Shown here piece by piece: positions 56,601-64,000 of a stretch of DNA of 64,000 nt. Position 1 is the stretch's first letter. Each line of letters opens with the position of its first letter. The DNA is from Candidatus Latescibacterota bacterium (lineage in GTDB: Bacteria > Latescibacterota > UBA2968 > UBA8231): assembly GCA_965223905.1 (NCBI GenBank), contig CBDCXV010000011.1:192001-256000 (forward strand). The letters are read 5' to 3'. A model generated the notes under the pieces. The model made no database searches. It was given only the letters and a program-made list of their open reading frames with translations, and was not told the origin of the DNA. The position numbers and the translations under genes were made by a program.

Positions 56601-58078
56601 CGAACCTTGATCTGATGAGTCCGGATGTTGTCGCGAAGAACAGGGTCGAACTCCTCGATATTCGACAGCAGTTCCGGATCGTCGAAAGCCATCGACAGGA
56701 TCCCGTTCAGAAACCGGATCTGGGCGGCCAGCTGTCCGAAGCGGACGCCCTCCGCCCGGTCGAGCGGACTGTTGAGGGAGAGCCTGGCGTCGTGTGTGGT
56801 GACGAAACTGAGGGCGAGTTGCCCGGCTTCCATCGCCACAGTTCCGCTCGTCGGCACTCCGCCGGGTGCCAGGGTGGACCAGTCGATCCCCTTGATCGGG
56901 CTGATGCCGTTGGCGAAAGCCGCGGTTGGCTCACGCCCCTGGGCCGCTGCAACATCTTTGGCGTTCCTGGTGAATCGGCGTGAGAATGGAACGAACAGCC
57001 GCTTGAGCTCAAACCGGTCCGAGTTGTTCCAGATGGCGACCTGGTCGGTCCGCGAGCTCAGGTCGAGACTGATGAAGAGATCGGCATTGAGCGGCTCCTC
57101 CATCCACTTGGCATATTCCTCGTTCTTTCTCGCATGGCGGTCGAGGAACTCGATCATGCCGCGCTGCCCTTGGAAGTGGGCCCCTGTCGCAGACAGGATC
57201 ACCGTGCGGGCCGGCGGGTGCGCTTGCAGGTGCCGCGCCAACTCGAGGAGGGCGACGATGCTGCACGAGGTCTCCGCGGAGGGTGCGAGGGCGGGAACGA
57301 CCGAAATTCCGTCGTAATAGGCGTCGACGACTATGGTCTGGTCCCTCAGCTCCGGGTCCGACCCGACCACCTTTCCCCATATGTTCCACGCCGGCTGCTC
57401 CCGCCAGTCCATGCGGCTGTGGATGACGACGGAAACCGGGTCGCCGCCGGCCACTCGGCGGCGGAGCTTCAGGCCGTTCTCGCGGTCGATCCAGAACCGG
57501 GGGATGTCCAAGGGGACGCTGGTGTACTTGTCGAGGGTCTGCAGGTAGCCGGTGTCCTCCGGCTCGATGAAGATAAAGGCGCGGGCGCCGAACCTGGCTG
57601 CCCGCGTCCAGTGGTCCCAGGTGTTGAACTCCATGAGCACCGCACTGCCCTCCAGCGGAAGTCCCTCGAAGTCGGCGTACTCCCCAAACCCTCCGTACAC
57701 CAGCGACAGCTCGATCCCATCAACCGGTGTAGTGGTGGTGCGCACCTGGTTGGGCCATAACCCAAAAATGGGAATGACCATATCGGAGTCCGAAAGCACC
57801 AGTCGGCTGCCTTCCTCGATCGGTACCCCGACGCCGTACTGTTCGCGACGTATGTCGACACAGTCGCTGCGGCGCAGGTTTTCCTCGATGTAGGAGGCGG
57901 CGCGCGCATTCCCGGGGTACCCCGTGACACGGGACCCTGAGGAAAGGGTTTGTACGGCGGCCTCGACACGGGCGATGAGGTCGGGGGCGACTGTTTCCGG
58001 GGGGTTTGGAAGGGCCCCGGCCGAGGAGGCCACTGCTGCGGCAATGAGGGCGGAGCGGCAGGCGGGCGGCAACCTCAT
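53657..58078 (-). CDS. Giant membrane protein: signal peptide, PA/M28-fold domain, TM block and FtsX/MacB-like permease
   Basis: SRVTGYPGN..A; PA-like segment; 'NIWG...G.DP.L....IVV.AYYD'; 'GISNMRRRKLRTSLT'; 'VYERFREI..YSAVGL.P..I..LF.AEA'; 'YPARVA'. Confidence 0.8.
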   Translation of the reverse strand: MRLPPACRSALIAAAVASSAGALPNPPETVAPDLIARVEAAVQTLSSGSRVTGYPGNARAASYIEENLRRSDCVDIRREQYGVGVPIEEGSRLVLSDSDMVIPIFGLWPNQVRTTTTPVDGIELSLVYGGFGEYADFEGLPLEGSAVLMEFNTWDHWTRAARFGARAFIFIEPEDTGYLQTLDKYTSVPLDIPRFWIDRENGLKLRRRVAGGDPVSVVIHSRMDWREQPAWNIWGKVVGSDPELRDQTIVVDAYYDGISVVPALAPSAETSCSIVALLELARHLQAHPPARTVILSATGAHFQGQRGMIEFLDRHARKNEEYAKWMEEPLNADLFISLDLSSRTDQVAIWNNSDRFELKRLFVPFSRRFTRNAKDVAAAQGREPTAAFANGISPIKGIDWSTLAPGGVPTSGTVAMEAGQLALSFVTTHDARLSLNSPLDRAEGVRFGQLAAQIRFLNGILSMAFDDPELLSNIEEFDPVLRDNIRTHQIKVRSFPRRAQIPNRPVPQAVVSEGFDLVDKGVQQERYYLTNQDGDVTLKGLVVGKTTGISAFVLDPETGEVQFAPDLSKRAQRFAGEPGFSGKISWVTRWTADEKTLVLFPCVPGELFGLGGSSDSFKILDRSGRAPRQFGYSRSSFAALVYADRDLPEKTDGLKVMAGTLGGARYLLNSPGGNDESEARGIGYHFRRDTLTPTDFYVVRDMMRLNDARLHTMRKHAIENHSVSRFQENGRRLLHRAEAALSEHRWDDYTSHIREAGGMIFRAYPAVIGTLNDVILGMVFFLALVIPAAFFAERLLLASPDIRKQLTGLVAVLIVIWAILSQVHPAFAIAHPLVVLLAFAIMAMAVFVLLMVVTRFNRYLREYRAEQARVHQTDISRFSAAYTAFMLGISNMRRRKLRTSLTLGTITLLTFTVLSFSSFKPDVQFFAFSHPHEGAYEGALIRHHNWDWIGRWKIEAARSYFGERAVLSPRNWYIADPSEAKKYIRVSHGERSSLATAMLGLSPQERDVTRVHAALVAGDYFDSPEEKSCLIPVEMAAILGIGAAPTLEDSVRVLGAMLRVRGLFDADALFALHDLDDEPLTPVDFHRSSAELMGSRPQDVKDTSEREEETRAFVHLHPDNVVILPFETLRGAGGELRSVAMRFESGADIRGMIEGFITQTPMTLFAGTRDPERDRIRVASYTSLGLTSVEGFQALLIPMLIAGLIVLNAMMGAVYERFREIDIYSAVGLAPMHIALLFIAEACVYAVIGVTMGYLLGQTLGKAIVTFDLSAGVNLNYSSYAAMASAAVVMAIVLASTVYPARVASRAAVPDLVRRWKPPRPTGDRWEFEFPFMVSSGEVVGISGFLANFFDAYKEESIGDFYAEKVTLVSEEPAPGVRQYSLQMLTWLAPFDMGVSQYLQLDFLPANDGSGIYSVEVFIQRLSGQDTYWQRVNQRFMNTLRKQFLLWHTLKADARDYHREKAKAMLGSPVPTK

Positions 58079-58320
58079 AGAGGGAATCCGAGGGCCCGCG
58101 AAATTACCACGGTGGTGGAAGACAGGCCCCAATACGGTTGGCATGGTTGAAGTAGGAGCCAAGGTATCCCTTCGCCACCGATAGAGCAATCTGGATTTCG
58201 GGCTCCCCCCTTACCGCGTTGACACGGATATCGCACCTGATCGACCTTGTTTCGTAGTTGGACCAGATCCCGAAGCAACAGGCATTGCCAGACTCCGTCC
58301 TCGAGCAGGAGAACGACTGA

Positions 58321-59508
58321 ATGGGCGCCACTGACCGAAAAGCGGAGAAGCAATTCCTGCATCTCGCCCACCGATTTATGTCGCTTCCGACCGCCCCGTT
58401 TCGCGAGCAGTTCGTGATAGAGGCGATCTCGCGCCATGCAGAGGAGCTTGATCTATCGTTTCAGACCGATGCGGCGGGCAATCTCCTGATCGTTTACGAT
58501 GGCGACCGGAATTCGGGACGAGCCCCCCAAGTGGTAATGACGGCCCACATGGACCACCCCGGGCTCCTCTACTCCCAACCTCTCTCCCCCCGCGATCACC
58601 TGTTCGAGCTCGCCGGAAATGTAAATGTCGATCTGGTAAAAAAGGGTGAGGTCGACATCTACGATCCGTCCGGAACCGCCGACCAGACCCCGGTCCGGGG
58701 GGTTATTGGCTCGTATTCCGAGCCAGTTGCAGGAGGGCCGGTTTTTACCGTCCGCATCGCCAAGGCGGATGGCTGGCGGGTAACCTCGGAGTCGTTCGCA
58801 ATGTGGCGGCTTCCCGTGCTGCGGCGACAGGAACGCCGGCTTCGGGGCCGCGCCTGCGACGATCTCGCTGGGGTGGTGGTGGCGCTCGCGGTTATGGAAC
58901 AACTGGCCCGCAGTCGCTCCAAGGTATGCGCCGGCGTGCTGCTGACGCGGGCGGAAGAGACCGGATTCGGCGGCATGATTGCGGCGGTAAGAGGCGATTG
59001 GCTACCGCGAGAGCCGATTTACATCAACATTGAATGCTCAAGCTGCCGCGCCGGGGCGCCCCTGGGGGCAGGTCCGGTAATCCGCGTCGGAGACCGCATA
59101 TCGGTATTCGACCCCGTTCTAAGCGCCGGGCTGGAAGCCATCGCCAAAGGTGAAGTGACCGGCTCCGAGGAGCCGAGATTGCCGTACCAGCGGAAGCTGA
59201 TGGATGGAGGCGCCTGCGAGGCAACGGTCCTGGCGATGGCCGGTTTCCAGGTGGGCGCGGTTGCCCTGCCGCTCGATCATTACCACAATTGGGGAAAGAA
59301 GCGGTTGCGACCCGAAGCAATCGACATCGACGACGCCCTTGCTCTCGTCAACCTCCTTTCCCGCGCCGCGATCTGTCGGGAAGGGGTGGCTGGCGTCGGC
59401 GAAGAAGCGCGGCGTAACATCGAGCGCCGGCTGGACACCCGCTACCAGGGCCAACGGTCGCGCCTGGAGGAAGCCCCATCACCTCGTCCTGTGGGAGCAT
59501 TGCCATGA
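58321..59508 (+). CDS. M20/M25/M40/M42-clan metallopeptidase
   Basis: D..GNL, AHMDH, ACDD.AG, AEE.G, IECS, GG.CE, YHN. Confidence 0.85.
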   Translation: MGATDRKAEKQFLHLAHRFMSLPTAPFREQFVIEAISRHAEELDLSFQTDAAGNLLIVYDGDRNSGRAPQVVMTAHMDHPGLLYSQPLSPRDHLFELAGNVNVDLVKKGEVDIYDPSGTADQTPVRGVIGSYSEPVAGGPVFTVRIAKADGWRVTSESFAMWRLPVLRRQERRLRGRACDDLAGVVVALAVMEQLARSRSKVCAGVLLTRAEETGFGGMIAAVRGDWLPREPIYINIECSSCRAGAPLGAGPVIRVGDRISVFDPVLSAGLEAIAKGEVTGSEEPRLPYQRKLMDGGACEATVLAMAGFQVGAVALPLDHYHNWGKKRLRPEAIDIDDALALVNLLSRAAICREGVAGVGEEARRNIERRLDTRYQGQRSRLEEAPSPRPVGALP

Positions 59509-60269
59509 TGGAAACCGTCGACCTCGGCCTTAGTGGAATCAGAACTTCTCGCCTCTGTTTCGGAACCGGTACCCAAGGGTGGCATCACCGTTCGAACCAG
59601 GGGGATCTCGGTATCGAGCGGCTCTCCTACCTGCTGCGCTACGGCCACGAACGCGGAATCACCTTCTGGGACACAGCCGACATGTACGGAACCCACCCGC
59701 ATGTGGCCGAGGCCCTCCGCCAAGTGGTAAGAGAATCGGTGACAGTTACCTCTAAAACCGTCTCGCGAACCGCGTCAGAGGTGCGCTCGGACGTCGAGCG
59801 ATTCCTGGCGGAGCTGGGAACGGATTACATCGACATCCTGCTGCTGCACTGCCTGACCTCGGCCCATTGGCCGGAGGAGATGAGTGGCCCCATGGACGTT
59901 CTCAGCGAGTTCAAATCCCGAGGTCAGGTGCGGGCCTTGGGCTGTTCCTGCCACGATTTCGGTGCTCTCCGGGCGGCGTCAGAATGCGACTGGGTAGACG
60001 TCAATCTCGTGCGCATCAACCCGGCAGGGCACGCGATGTGTGCGTCTCCCGATCGGGTCATTCCGGTGATCGAGGCGATGGACGCCAGGGGCCAGGGAGT
60101 CTACGGGATGAAGGTCATGGGGGGTGGAAGCGACTTGGCGGCAAATCCCGGCGGGGCGATCGAGTTCATTACGGGCTTACCCGCGGTACACGCCTTTGTC
60201 GTCGGAATGATGGACGAAGGAGAGATCGAGTCCTGCATCGAATTCTCAAACCTCCCCGCCCTGGTCTGA
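59505..60269 (+). CDS. Aldo/keto reductase
   Basis: GITFWDTADMYG, SK, LGTDYIDILLLH, G.VRALG.S.H. Confidence 0.92.
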   Translation: MMETVDLGLSGIRTSRLCFGTGTQGWHHRSNQGDLGIERLSYLLRYGHERGITFWDTADMYGTHPHVAEALRQVVRESVTVTSKTVSRTASEVRSDVERFLAELGTDYIDILLLHCLTSAHWPEEMSGPMDVLSEFKSRGQVRALGCSCHDFGALRAASECDWVDVNLVRINPAGHAMCASPDRVIPVIEAMDARGQGVYGMKVMGGGSDLAANPGGAIEFITGLPAVHAFVVGMMDEGEIESCIEFSNLPALV

Positions 60270-60324
60270 AACCGCCGCGGCTTTTGCCCGGCCTGACCGT
60301 TCTCCGGAAACCAACGGCGGTTCC

Positions 60325-61101
60325 CTAGACGATCGTCCAGCCTCCGTCGACGACGAGGGTGTGACCGGTCACCATGCTGGCGGCCTCGGAAGCGAGGAAA
60401 ATCACCGGGCCTGAGATCTCTTCCGGTTCGGCGAGGTCTCCGCGCAGCAGATTCTTGGTACGCACCGCTTCGCGAAACGCCGCGCTCGCCTTAAGCGCCC
60501 CCTCCGCCAAGGGCGACCGCGTTACCGTAGGGGCCACCGCATTAACGCGGATTCCGAATTCCGCCCATTCCGCGGCCATGGTCCGCGTCAGGTTGTTCAC
60601 CCCGCCCTTAGCACCGCTGTACGGACCCCGTTCAGGAGCACCCACGACGCCGGCCTGCGACGAGATGTTGACGATACTGCCGCCGTTGCCTGCCGCGATC
60701 ATTTTCCTGGCCGCTATCTGACTGCAGAAGAAGACGTTCTTGAGGTTGGCGTCGACGATCTGATGGTAGAGTTCTTCGTCGTAATCGAGGATCTTGCCCA
60801 GCTTGTTGTACCCGGCGTTGTTGACAAGCACGTCGACGCGCCCGAACTCGGCGACCACCGCGTCGAAAAAAGCCTGTATCGAGGCGACGTCGACGACGTC
60901 CAGGGGATGGTAGAAACAGTTCCTCCCGATCTTTTGGATTTCTTCGGCCAGCGTTTCCAGCTCATTCAGGGTGCGGCTGCCGGCAGCCACGTCTGCCCCC
61001 GAGCGCGCCGCGTCGAGGGCAATCGTGCGACCGATACCGCGGCCGGCGCCGGTGACTACGACGATTTTTTCCTTCAGCTCGAAGCGTTCGAGGTGTCCCA
61101 A
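60325..61101 (-). CDS. SDR oxidoreductase
   Basis: TGAGRGIG, NNAG, YSGAK, IRVNAVAP, VDGG. Confidence 0.93.
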   Translation of the reverse strand: MGHLERFELKEKIVVVTGAGRGIGRTIALDAARSGADVAAGSRTLNELETLAEEIQKIGRNCFYHPLDVVDVASIQAFFDAVVAEFGRVDVLVNNAGYNKLGKILDYDEELYHQIVDANLKNVFFCSQIAARKMIAAGNGGSIVNISSQAGVVGAPERGPYSGAKGGVNNLTRTMAAEWAEFGIRVNAVAPTVTRSPLAEGALKASAAFREAVRTKNLLRGDLAEPEEISGPVIFLASEAASMVTGHTLVVDGGWTIV

Positions 61102-61150
61102 ATTTCCTTCCTTCCGGTTGGTTACGAGGCCTGCGAAATCTTTATGGGCC

Positions 61151-61912
61151 TCAGGAAAGCCCCATGGCCTGCAGGTTCTTCAAGCTCGTGCCGAGGCTCT
61201 CGAAAGGGTCGCGCAGGCATTGGTCCTGCTCGACGAGATAATATTCGATGCCGGCTTCCCTGCAGGCGGCCAGGATCGGCCCCCATTCCAGGTTGCCTTC
61301 CCCGACCTCGGCGAACAACTGCCGGCTACCGCTCATCGCCATGTCCTTGAGGTGTACGAGGTGCATGCGCCCGCACAGCCGCCGAACCCAGGAAACCGGG
61401 TTCCCTCCCCCGTGTTGGATCCAGTAGGTATCCACTTCGAAGCAGAACACGTCAGGGTCGCTCTCCGCGGCGAGTATCTCGAGCCCGGTGCGGCCCCCGA
61501 AGCGCTCGAGCTCGAAGCTGTGGTTGTGATAGCTGAACGTCAGTCCTGCATCGATCAGGGGACGTGCCGTCCGCGAGGCATCGGCTGCGAAACGCGCGAA
61601 CCCGTCGGCGTTGCGGTATTCCGCTGGCATGCCTCCGATGCCGACGTGCCGGCAGTTCCACAGCCGGTGTTCCGCGATCACCGACTCGACGTCATCCCGT
61701 ACGCGGTCGTAGCTGACGTGGGTGGCGGCAATGGCGACGCCGGCCTCGTCGGCAAAATCGGAAATCTCCTGCGGGGTTCCGGCTCCGTGGCCGGATAGCT
61801 GCGCTGCGGTATACCCCAACTCGCTGACCCTCCTGAGGGTGGCGCGAATGTCCTCCGTGGTTTGGAGGTAATCCCGCAGGGTGAATAGCTGCGCCCCAAT
61901 CATCGATGACAC
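61151..61912 (-). CDS. Sugar phosphate isomerase/epimerase (TIM barrel)
   Basis: QLFTLRD, YHNHSFE, EVDTYW, HLKD, EVGEG.L.W, VEQD. Confidence 0.9.
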   Translation of the reverse strand: MSSMIGAQLFTLRDYLQTTEDIRATLRRVSELGYTAAQLSGHGAGTPQEISDFADEAGVAIAATHVSYDRVRDDVESVIAEHRLWNCRHVGIGGMPAEYRNADGFARFAADASRTARPLIDAGLTFSYHNHSFELERFGGRTGLEILAAESDPDVFCFEVDTYWIQHGGGNPVSWVRRLCGRMHLVHLKDMAMSGSRQLFAEVGEGNLEWGPILAACREAGIEYYLVEQDQCLRDPFESLGTSLKNLQAMGLS

Positions 61913-61988
61913 GGTTCACATCTCCATTGGCGGGTAGAACGGCCCTACCATAGGGATCGCCCCCGGCACCGGTCAAATCACTTCTCGA

Positions 61989-63245
61989 TCAGCGTGCAGG
62001 ATCGTTTCGTTGAACGAATCCCCGCAGCCCGAAGGCGATGCCGCCAATGACCGACAGGGCCGACGCGGCCATACAGCCGACCGTGACCGGGGCGCTCCAG
62101 GCCTCGGCCATTCCCCCCGCCAGTATGCGCCCCAAGGGGCCGAATCCGATGGCGATCACGAGGGTTCCCATCGCCCGCGCCCGCATCAGGTCGGATGACT
62201 CGACGAGAATGATCGTGCTTTGCATGACACTGAATCCCGCATGTCCGATGCCTACGGCGACCAGAATCGACAACGACACCGGCAACGAGTTCGATTGCGA
62301 GAAACCGATCAACCCCAGACAGGAGACCATGGAAGCGGCTGCGAAGATCCAGGCCTGGCTCCTGGTCCTTCTCAGCAAGGAAATCAGCAGCAGACCGGCC
62401 AGGTTTCCAAGGCCGCTGGCGGCCCCGAGCAAGCCGAGCCCGAGGACATCCGTTCCGAGGATGTCACGGGCGAATACCGGCAGCAGATCCAGGTATGGAA
62501 ACGCCCACAGGTTCATTGCCACGGTTATCAGAAGAACCCCGAGGATGGCTCGGTTGCCGAAGACGTAGCGCAGGCCATCCCGGCAGCGTCGGGCGGAGTC
62601 GGCCAGACCTCCGGGTCGTTGCGGTGAGCGCGACCGGGTTCGGATGCCGGCCAATACCAACACCGAAACGCCTGCGGAGGCCGTCAGGGCGATCAGGGCC
62701 CCCCGGGTGCCGGTGACGGCGACGACGGCGCCTGCGGAAAGCGGGCCGAACACCCGGGTAACGCTCTGAAGCAGGTTGTCGAGGAACATGGCGTCCACCA
62801 CCTTGCTCTTTCCCAGCAGGTCCGGGAAGAGCGAACGGCGCGTGGGCCAGTCCATGGACCAGACAGTGCCGGTAACCGTCGCCGCGGCCGCCAGATGCCA
62901 GTACGACAGTGACCCGTACAGGTGCAGAAGGGTGACCGTGCCGACGGAGAGAAAAGTGACGCTCTGGGCGAAAACGATAACCTGTCGGCGTTGAAATCGC
63001 TCCACGATCACCGGCCCGAAAACTCCTGCCAGCGGCATTGGGGCCGAGCGGAAAAAACCGATCAACGCCACCCACCAGGCCGAATCGGTCAGCTCCAGCG
63101 CCAGCCAGCCGATGACGACCTGCTCGACCCCCATGGCCTGCCACCAGAGGCCGTTGCTTATGAGCAGACGCAGGAAGTCGCGGTTTCGCAGCGGCGCCAG
63201 GAAGCCATTGCCCCCGGACCCGGAGCTTTCGAGGCTTCGGTTCAA
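61989..63245 (-). CDS. MFS transporter
   Basis: About 12 TMs; LRNRDF, WLALELTDS, D.P.RRSL.PDL, LLPVFARDIL, MRARAM. Confidence 0.9.
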   Translation of the reverse strand: MNRSLESSGSGGNGFLAPLRNRDFLRLLISNGLWWQAMGVEQVVIGWLALELTDSAWWVALIGFFRSAPMPLAGVFGPVIVERFQRRQVIVFAQSVTFLSVGTVTLLHLYGSLSYWHLAAAATVTGTVWSMDWPTRRSLFPDLLGKSKVVDAMFLDNLLQSVTRVFGPLSAGAVVAVTGTRGALIALTASAGVSVLVLAGIRTRSRSPQRPGGLADSARRCRDGLRYVFGNRAILGVLLITVAMNLWAFPYLDLLPVFARDILGTDVLGLGLLGAASGLGNLAGLLLISLLRRTRSQAWIFAAASMVSCLGLIGFSQSNSLPVSLSILVAVGIGHAGFSVMQSTIILVESSDLMRARAMGTLVIAIGFGPLGRILAGGMAEAWSAPVTVGCMAASALSVIGGIAFGLRGFVQRNDPAR

Positions 63246-63257
63246 GATCGAGGCCCG

Positions 63258-63380
63258 TCAGCGCGAGCAGGAGCTGCACTTGCGCGCCGCAGCTGCGAAC
63301 AGCTGTACAGGATCGTTCGTAGGGGAGAAACTCAGCCCTGTTGACAAGGTCGATGCCAAGGCGAGAGCGGACTGCACCAT
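63258..63380 (-). CDS. Candidate 40-aa small protein
   Basis: AGGAGG 9 nt before ATG; MVQSALALASTLSTGLSFSPTNDPVQLFAAAARKCSSCSR*; stops 12 nt before the MFS start. Confidence 0.35.
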   Translation of the reverse strand: MVQSALALASTLSTGLSFSPTNDPVQLFAAAARKCSSCSR

Positions 63381-63389
63381 GAGGGCTCT

Positions 63390-63661
63390 CCTCCTGCTTG
63401 CGATGCCCTCGAACTCGGGATTCTTGAAAATAATGGCGGGTGGCTCCTGAACGGAGACCTGTGCGGGATCCCGATCCGTTCCGCACGAACTGCCGAAAAG
63501 GCAGAAGAGGTGCCAGGCCCAGTTCCACCCGACCCGGGGCTTCGGCGGGGGAATCCCGAAGATCAATCTTCGGGAAAGACCTTGTTTGCAGAAGCAGACG
63601 GGCTGCTTCCCAATCAGGCGGTCCAGCCCAAAGTTCAGGGCATCAACTCGGAAGCGGGAGG
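63390..63661. ncRNA. Candidate large structured RNA, family unassigned
   Basis: Closing stems CCTCCTGCTT/AAGCGGGAGG, GATGCCCT/AGGGCATC and GAACT/AGTTC enclose at least five hairpins. Confidence 0.45.
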
Positions 63662-63694
63662 TGTCGGGATGACATCTTCCCTGTCCGGGGTCGT

Positions 63695-64000
63695 TTACTC
63701 TTCGCGGCTCCCGTCGTCGGCGGTGGCGAGGGAGTCGGTGGCAACGGAATCAACACTGACGTCGGAGTCGGCGGTTTTTCCATTACCGGAAGAGTCGGGG
63801 CCGGTTTCCGAATCACTCTCGGACAGGGGTTCGGATTCATCCCCGCTGAGCAGATGACGCAACTCTTCCCCCTCCATTATCTCTTTTTCGAACAGCACCC
63901 CTACGACCTTTTCCAGCACCTCGCGCCGTTCGACGAGCACCTCCTTCGCCCTGGAGTACGACTCGTCGATGATGCGCGCTACCTCGCCGTCGATGCGCCT
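63695..64000 (-). CDS. ftsH: FtsH protease, C-terminal end (5'-truncated by window edge)
   Basis: Frame open to the edge: RRIDGEVARIIDESYSRAKEVLVERREVLEKVVGVLFEKEIMEGEELRHLL, typical of the M41 tail. Confidence 0.85.
   Translation of the reverse strand, partial: RRIDGEVARIIDESYSRAKEVLVERREVLEKVVGVLFEKEIMEGEELRHLLSGDESEPLSESDSETGPDSSGNGKTADSDVSVDSVATDSLATADDGSREE

Noticed and set aside
63258-63680. Possible tmRNA (FAAAA), tRNA-Sec (GGAAGAT start) or SRP RNA (GGAAGCAGCC)
   Set aside because: No tRNA-like ends or T-loop, no stop after AAAA, no UCA anticodon arm, and no CAGGUCC-GNRA half of the SRP motif.

Overview
GC-rich bacterial chromosomal window, mostly housekeeping genes. The gene content suggests an FCB-group organism such as Latescibacterota or Gemmatimonadota, but this is inference only. 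From left to right: partial hprK, a degenerate Gfo/Idh/MocA gene, a membrane protein and mutL. Next is a solitary Cre-like tyrosine recombinase with a strong sigma70 promoter overlapping a loxP-like 13-8-13 site. A long minus-strand run follows (rimP-nusA-infB-DUF503-rbfA-truB-kinase-only ribF-rpsO-pnp-asnS-leuS). Upstream of it sit a 157-bp MITE with tandem NrdR-like boxes and an abutting decayed IS1182-like element with the same ends. Then come MerR/der/DUF512, four tRNAs, miaA, bS22, HU and mreBC; a plus-strand TPAT-type TRAP transporter cluster with sugar-acid enzymes; purB, an orphan UMP kinase, cysC and a divergent hisI. A 14.3-kb minus-strand run encodes a giant M28-fold/FtsX membrane protein coupled to an OPT-like transporter with unusual inserted domains, followed by a DnaJ-YbjN-PspA-amine oxidase-aminopropyltransferase-DUF4178-lipoprotein-DUF350 operon. 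The window ends with small metabolic genes, a ~270-nt structured-RNA candidate next to a 40-aa ORF, and the 3' end of ftsH. All calls come from reading motifs by eye; no database searches were run.
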